From assembly GCA_942490925.1 (NCBI GenBank), contig CALNYX010000017.1:888143-952142 (forward strand): 64,000 bases of DNA. Direction: 5' to 3'. Positions 59,360 to 64,000 of this stretch are shown in pieces. The first letter of the stretch is position 1. Each line of letters opens with the position of its first letter. The notes under the pieces were generated by a model. The model had not been told where the DNA came from. It made no database searches and saw only the letters and a list, made by a program, of their open reading frames with translations. This stretch comes from an uncultured Chlamydiaceae bacterium (GTDB lineage: Bacteria; Chlamydiota; Chlamydiia; Chlamydiales; JAAKFR01). Made by a program: the position numbers and the translations under genes.

Positions 59360-60525
59360 TGGATACTCTCCTCTTTTCCGCCTGTAACTTGGACATGTCC
59401 ATCTGCAGTGACTAGTACGTCATGTTCTAAGCGCACACCAAACTCCCCTGGTAAATAGATCCCCGGTTCGATTGAAAAACAGGTGCGGGGTAAAATTTTT
59501 CGACGATCAGCTGTCTCTAGATTATCAAGATTTGCCCCAGCACCATGCACATTAGTATCGATGTTGTGCCCAGAGCGATGCGTGAAATAGTCTCCATACC
59601 CTTGCTCTTGGATATAGCCTCGGCAGACATCATCAACTTCAGCGCCCGTCACTTTTTGTTGCTCCTCAAAACGCGCTTTGATGAATTCAAGAGCTTTTGC
59701 CTGCGCTATTTTGACAATGGAAAAAATCTCTTGCTGCTTAGGCGTTGGCTCTCGCCCCACAATTCCAACACGCGTAATATCGGCATAAACAGAGTGTGGT
59801 AGATCTTTCTTGCACCAGAGATCAACAAGAACAAAATCCCCTTCGTGAATTTCAGCAGCTTCATGCTTAGTTGCCATATAGTGGGGCAATGCCGAATGCT
59901 CATTGACCGCACATGTTGGGCCATCTTCTGTGATACAATTTTGCGCAGTAAACTCACTGACAATAAACTTTTGCACATCGTACTCAGTGACCCGCTTATC
60001 TGCGCGAATCCGTTCTGTGATGAATTCCCACACATGCGCAATCGTATCCTCTAATACTGCTGCTGCATCTAAATGCAACTGAATCTGCTCATCGTTAAGG
60101 ACACTTGTAAAGTGCTGCAACAAATCATCAGAGCTTACAACTTTGACACCAAGAGATTGGATCATTTCAATTGTGCCACCATCAACAACAGAGATATAGG
60201 GATTTTCTCCGTGAGGTGAGTATTCCATCGCCACTTTTTTTGCTTTTCCAACAACATCCTTCAATGTCTTTTCCAGCTCTGTCCATGAGAGAAATAAATG
60301 TTGCTTTCCAGGGATAAAATCTAAACTCCCTTTTTCGATCAGATGCAAGAACTTATGAGGCTCTCCCTCAGCGGGAATCCAATAGAAGAGACGACGCGTG
60401 ATGACCAGATGAGGAGGGATCTCCAATAACTCGCGCACAAAACGATTTGAACCGTGGTTATCATAGAGCAACCAGCCATCAATTCCGTGTTCCTGCAAAC
60501 GCGATTGAATCTCTTCTATTTCCAT
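59347..60525 (-). CDS. M24-family metallopeptidase (Xaa-Pro amino/dipeptidase-like)
   Basis: A pita-bread metal-ligand pattern: DFVLVDLW, YADITR, HRSGHNI, FSIEPGIY, RLEHDVLVT. Confidence 0.85.
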   Translation of the reverse strand: MEIEEIQSRLQEHGIDGWLLYDNHGSNRFVRELLEIPPHLVITRRLFYWIPAEGEPHKFLHLIEKGSLDFIPGKQHLFLSWTELEKTLKDVVGKAKKVAMEYSPHGENPYISVVDGGTIEMIQSLGVKVVSSDDLLQHFTSVLNDEQIQLHLDAAAVLEDTIAHVWEFITERIRADKRVTEYDVQKFIVSEFTAQNCITEDGPTCAVNEHSALPHYMATKHEAAEIHEGDFVLVDLWCKKDLPHSVYADITRVGIVGREPTPKQQEIFSIVKIAQAKALEFIKARFEEQQKVTGAEVDDVCRGYIQEQGYGDYFTHRSGHNIDTNVHGAGANLDNLETADRRKILPRTCFSIEPGIYLPGEFGVRLEHDVLVTADGHVQVTGGKEESIHCLL

Positions 60526-60598
60526 ATCATCTCACTATGGCAAATCAATTTTTTTTTCAATAGCTAGAAAATCTCTAAGCCTCTATCTTTTTTGTACG

Positions 60599-62137
60599 AT
60601 GTTAAGACTTATTGCCACTATTATCCTTTTTCTCTCCTCAGCCCTTCATGCTGATATACAAGCCATCCTTTTTGGCGCTGAAATTCCAGGTTCTCAATAC
60701 TTTGCTGCCGATCTTGAAAAAAGAGGCTATGTCGTTGATCTCTCCTATGAAGTGAGTCCTGACTCTGTTATCTTACTCTCAGACACCTCAGATATCCTTG
60801 AAATGATCCCTTTTCAAGACATGCCAACACTCCTTGAAGAGCTTGTAGCTCATGGAATTAACATCCCCTATCGCTATGTCTGTGTAGAAAATCATGAACT
60901 GTGGACAGAAGCTCTCGGCAATCCCCAAGACACACCTATCTTACTCATCTGTGGTGCTGGCTGTCATGCTCACTTCTGGAATGATTACATCTGCCAAAAA
61001 CTCATACAACAAGGTTACTACGTCATTCGTTATGATCACCGAGACGTTGGACTTTCATCCGCTTCGGATGAACCATATGATCTAGATGTCCTCGCTGAAG
61101 ATGCTATTCAAATCATTGATGCTTACAATCTTGACAATGTACATTTAATTGGTCATTCGATGGGGGGATTCATTTCGCAACTTGTGGCTGCTCGCTATCC
61201 AGAAAGGATTGCAAGCCTCACATTGATTGGCACTGGCCCTGTAGGTCCAACTCGTCGAAATGAACAACCCATGACCGTCCAAGAAATTGCGACAGTCGCC
61301 CAAACCATGCATGTCATGTTTTCTCATGGACTGTCTGCTGACTTTGAAAAAACACACATCGCTTTTCATTCAATTTGGGAACATCTTAGTGGTAATACAC
61401 TTGTTGAGGCAAGCCTCACCTACCCCTATGTGCATGAAATGTACACACGCACGCGTCCTCACCATACTTCGGGCTATAGTCATTTTTCAGCCATCCAAAA
61501 GATGATCAAGACACTTGAGACACGGCGGGGCATTTTTGAATTCATCCAAGCTCCAGCGCTTATCATTCATGGAGCATTAGATCCATTGATCTTGCCCCAA
61601 AGGGGTGGCATTGCTTTACATGATGCCCTTCCTAACTCAGAGCTCCTTCTTATCCCTGAGATGGGACATGTTTTTTTCAACGAAACCCTTGAAGATCAAA
61701 TCTTCACAACCTTTCTAAAATTTATGCAAAAACAACAAAGACCTCAAACAGTCGTCGGCCTACAACAACGCATCTCCTCTGGCACAGCATTTGAAGAGAT
61801 CAAAAATCATTGGGAGCATTTTGAAACGGCTGACTTCCCGCTTGAAGAGAGAGGTGATCTCGTTGCAATTTACTCTGATTATGAAGGGGATGAAACACAA
61901 CCCTACAACCTAACTATTGGCTATTTTGTAGATGTTGATAAGGCTCCAGAGGGCTGGACACTCAAACAGATCCCAGCAGCTAATTATGGACATATTCATG
62001 CTGACGGCCCCATTCCTGATAGCATTGTCTCGGCTTGGCAAAAAGTGTGGCAGAGTTCTTGGAATCGGAGTTTTCAATACGACTACGAAGTCTATGGTGA
62101 GCAAGGCATTGATCTCTATATTGGCGTCAACGCTTGA
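60599..62137 (+). CDS. secreted three-module protein: unknown N-domain + alpha/beta-hydrolase + GyrI-like/Cass2-type effector-binding domain
   Basis: Signal peptide (LFLSSALHA). Hydrolase nucleophile elbow GHSMGG, with HGALDP and EMGHVF as triad candidates. The C-terminal 125 aa or so (FEEIKNHWEHF...YSDYEGDETQPYNLTIGYFV...YEVYGEQGIDLYIGV) resembles GyrI-like ligand-binding domains. Confidence 0.75.
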   Translation: MLRLIATIILFLSSALHADIQAILFGAEIPGSQYFAADLEKRGYVVDLSYEVSPDSVILLSDTSDILEMIPFQDMPTLLEELVAHGINIPYRYVCVENHELWTEALGNPQDTPILLICGAGCHAHFWNDYICQKLIQQGYYVIRYDHRDVGLSSASDEPYDLDVLAEDAIQIIDAYNLDNVHLIGHSMGGFISQLVAARYPERIASLTLIGTGPVGPTRRNEQPMTVQEIATVAQTMHVMFSHGLSADFEKTHIAFHSIWEHLSGNTLVEASLTYPYVHEMYTRTRPHHTSGYSHFSAIQKMIKTLETRRGIFEFIQAPALIIHGALDPLILPQRGGIALHDALPNSELLLIPEMGHVFFNETLEDQIFTTFLKFMQKQQRPQTVVGLQQRISSGTAFEEIKNHWEHFETADFPLEERGDLVAIYSDYEGDETQPYNLTIGYFVDVDKAPEGWTLKQIPAANYGHIHADGPIPDSIVSAWQKVWQSSWNRSFQYDYEVYGEQGIDLYIGVNA

Positions 62138-63997
62138 CTAACGAGGACGCGTCGTAATCCTCTCGTAAGCTGCCATGACAATTTTGTGTAACATCTCTGA
62201 GTACTCAATATTGGCGAAACCTGCCATATAATTGAGTTTGCCATCCCAACACCATCCTGGGTTTGGATTGACCTCTAGAAGTTTGATTCTACCTTGAGCA
62301 TCTTTCCTAAAATCAAACCGCGCATAATCACGACATCCTAAACGCTCAAAAAGCTGGCATGAACTATCGGTTAGAATCCGAAGTTCTTCTTCAGTAAGCT
62401 GCGCCTGCTTGTAACTAATGTGATTCCAATAAGGTGAGTCAGGTAACCATTTGGATTCATAGGAGAGGATACGCGGAAGCTTCTTAGAAAGGCGGCTATA
62501 GTCGACTTCAAGGATAGGGAGCACCTCAAAGTTGAGGGTATTTCCAATAACCCCTACACTATATTCAGTGCCAGATAGAAATTCTTGGATCAAAATCGGT
62601 ACGTTGGGCACAAGCGTTTTAAGTCGATCATAGTAATTGAGAAGCTCATCAGCATTGTGAACCACAGCTTGTTGCAAAATTCCAATTGAGCTGTCCCCAT
62701 TTGCAGGTTTTAGAAATGCGGGAAAATTGTTTGGAAGTGCTGCAGAAGAATTATTCGGATCAATCCAAATCTCATCAGGAACCAGAATTTCTAATGATTG
62801 CGCCACCGTGCGCGTCAGGGATTTATCATAGCATGCTGCTAAACAAGCAGGCCCGGCTCCTGAATAGGGGATATTGAGCATTTCCAAAAGAGCTGGAAGG
62901 TGTAATTCTTTTGTTGCGTCATTATAAAACCCCTCATCGCAAAGATTAAATACAAAGGTTGGAGGTGACTTGCTAAGAGATCTAATCAGTGATTGATGGT
63001 TATCAAGGTAGGTAAATTTAAAATCCAGTAGATGTCCAAGCGCCTCTTTGAGGTTATTGATTGTTACAAAGTCCTCTTCATTAAATTGCCCCTCTTTTTT
63101 GACCATATCCGGCAACGAGGGATCTCCCATAAGGACAGTACAGGCAATTTTTTTCTTTGCTAAATGTGGTTGTTGTAGAATTTTTTTAGGTGCTCGGGCT
63201 TTGAGGGTCACCCGATGTGCCATCATACCTAAGTCTTGCTCCCTTGAGGAGAGAGAAATGACATTATCCAAAAACTCAATTTCATAAAATCCTGCGCGCT
63301 CTAGCAATGCTTGAAGGCTTTTATAGCAATAAAGTCGTTCTGCATAAAATTGATCGGCGATTACCCCTTTATCAACCTCTATCACCACCTCTCTACAAAT
63401 GAGCCGAGTACAATCCTCCGAGAGATGACGCTCCCGACAGACTAAAAGAGACTGATCTATCCACTCCCAACTGCGTGGTTGGTAGTTATTTTGAATCCAT
63501 TCACCGTTAGTTACATCTAAATAGATGGCTCCTTGAGAAGTGAGGATACGATTCACCTCTTGAAGCACCTTGAGATCATCGTCCTCATGTTCAAAATATC
63601 CGAATGAATTGCCTAAAAGAGTGACGATATCAATCGAGCAAGAAGGCAATCGTAATTTTCGTGCATCACCCTCAGAGAAGCGCGTATAATGAGAGACTTC
63701 CTGAGAACGAGCTCGAGAACGTGCTAATCGAATCAAATAGCGAGAACGGTCAATTCCACTGAGTTGTCTATAGCCCCGCTTTGCCAACTCCAAAATATGC
63801 CGTCCTTGACCACAACATAAGTCTAGGAGCTTGTGCGACTCAGTGGCACCTGTAGCCTTAATGATGCTATCCACTTCATTTTTTGTGTTTTCATCATTTT
63901 CAACTACGTCAGCATCAGTCTTAAGATACAGGGAATTGAATAGATCACGCCACCATTCGGTAGGAAGATGTTTCTCAAGATCAGCAATGGGGCCCAA
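62138..63997 (-). CDS. class I SAM-dependent methyltransferase fused to a D-Ala-D-Ala-ligase-like ATP-grasp enzyme (5' end probably outside the window)
   Basis: The N-terminal half has SAM motif I LLDLCCGQGRH, then GIDRS and IVTLLGNSFGYF. The C-terminal half has FNLCDEG, NIPYSGAG, FLKPANGDSSIG, EFLSGTEYSVGVIG and ARFDFR...IKLLEVNPNPG. The ORF reaches the window edge, where the track start is only a TTG. Confidence 0.8.
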   Translation of the reverse strand: MGPIADLEKHLPTEWWRDLFNSLYLKTDADVVENDENTKNEVDSIIKATGATESHKLLDLCCGQGRHILELAKRGYRQLSGIDRSRYLIRLARSRARSQEVSHYTRFSEGDARKLRLPSCSIDIVTLLGNSFGYFEHEDDDLKVLQEVNRILTSQGAIYLDVTNGEWIQNNYQPRSWEWIDQSLLVCRERHLSEDCTRLICREVVIEVDKGVIADQFYAERLYCYKSLQALLERAGFYEIEFLDNVISLSSREQDLGMMAHRVTLKARAPKKILQQPHLAKKKIACTVLMGDPSLPDMVKKEGQFNEEDFVTINNLKEALGHLLDFKFTYLDNHQSLIRSLSKSPPTFVFNLCDEGFYNDATKELHLPALLEMLNIPYSGAGPACLAACYDKSLTRTVAQSLEILVPDEIWIDPNNSSAALPNNFPAFLKPANGDSSIGILQQAVVHNADELLNYYDRLKTLVPNVPILIQEFLSGTEYSVGVIGNTLNFEVLPILEVDYSRLSKKLPRILSYESKWLPDSPYWNHISYKQAQLTEEELRILTDSSCQLFERLGCRDYARFDFRKDAQGRIKLLEVNPNPGWCWDGKLNYMAGFANIEYSEMLHKIVMAAYERITTRPR

Positions 63998-64000
63998 ACA

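Noticed and set aside
1-64000. Looked for CRISPR arrays, IS elements or transposases, integrases, prophage genes, rRNA genes and long direct repeats.
   Set aside because: None were seen. There are no regularly spaced repeats, no transposase- or integrase-like ORFs, no rRNA-like stretches and no flanking direct repeats next to the tRNAs.

Overview
This 64-kb window looks like core chromosome from a member of the Chlamydiota, probably an environmental chlamydia-like lineage (roughly mid-40s % GC by eye). All calls come from reading the translated ORFs and the DNA; no database search was run. It is densely coding, with about 56 protein genes and 2 tRNAs. I found no rRNA, CRISPR array, IS element or transposase or integrase gene. 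Recognisable blocks are: (1) dacA-ybbR-glycosyltransferase-Ntn hydrolase, then lpxL-like and rsmE; (2) pyk diverging from a tandem-duplicated 1,844-aa uvrA, followed by pknD, a Nudix gene and valS; (3) an accessory stretch with a GNAT remnant, tag, an alanine:cation symporter, DAHP synthase, Leu/Phe/Val dehydrogenase, an AT-rich orphan and typA; (4) a tightly coupled V-type ATPase operon (atpE-DUF2764-atpA-B-D-I-K plus a lipoprotein); (5) an islet of five small orphan genes, including a strongly Cys/Pro-rich tail-anchored protein; (6) tal, an Inc-like membrane protein, and the classical infA / tRNA-Thr-tuf-tRNA-Trp-secE-nusG-rplKAJL-rpoBC cluster; (7) a second Inc-like protein and sufE; (8) a minus-strand operon pepP-like/beta-barrel/tyrP/DUF2760/Hsp70-like; (9) two convergent multidomain fusions (secreted alpha/beta-hydrolase+GyrI-like; SAM-methyltransferase+ATP-grasp). 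From memory, the order pknD-valS...V-ATPase...tal-rpoC...infA and the pyk-uvrA pairing match Chlamydia trachomatis CT301-CT323 and CT332/333. The most interesting candidates are the DUF2760/Hsp70-like pair, the Cys/Pro-rich tail-anchored protein pair, the two Inc-like proteins, the ValRS-GrpB and methyltransferase-ATP-grasp fusions, and the apparently leaderless typA and infA. I could not identify one clearly novel multi-gene system.
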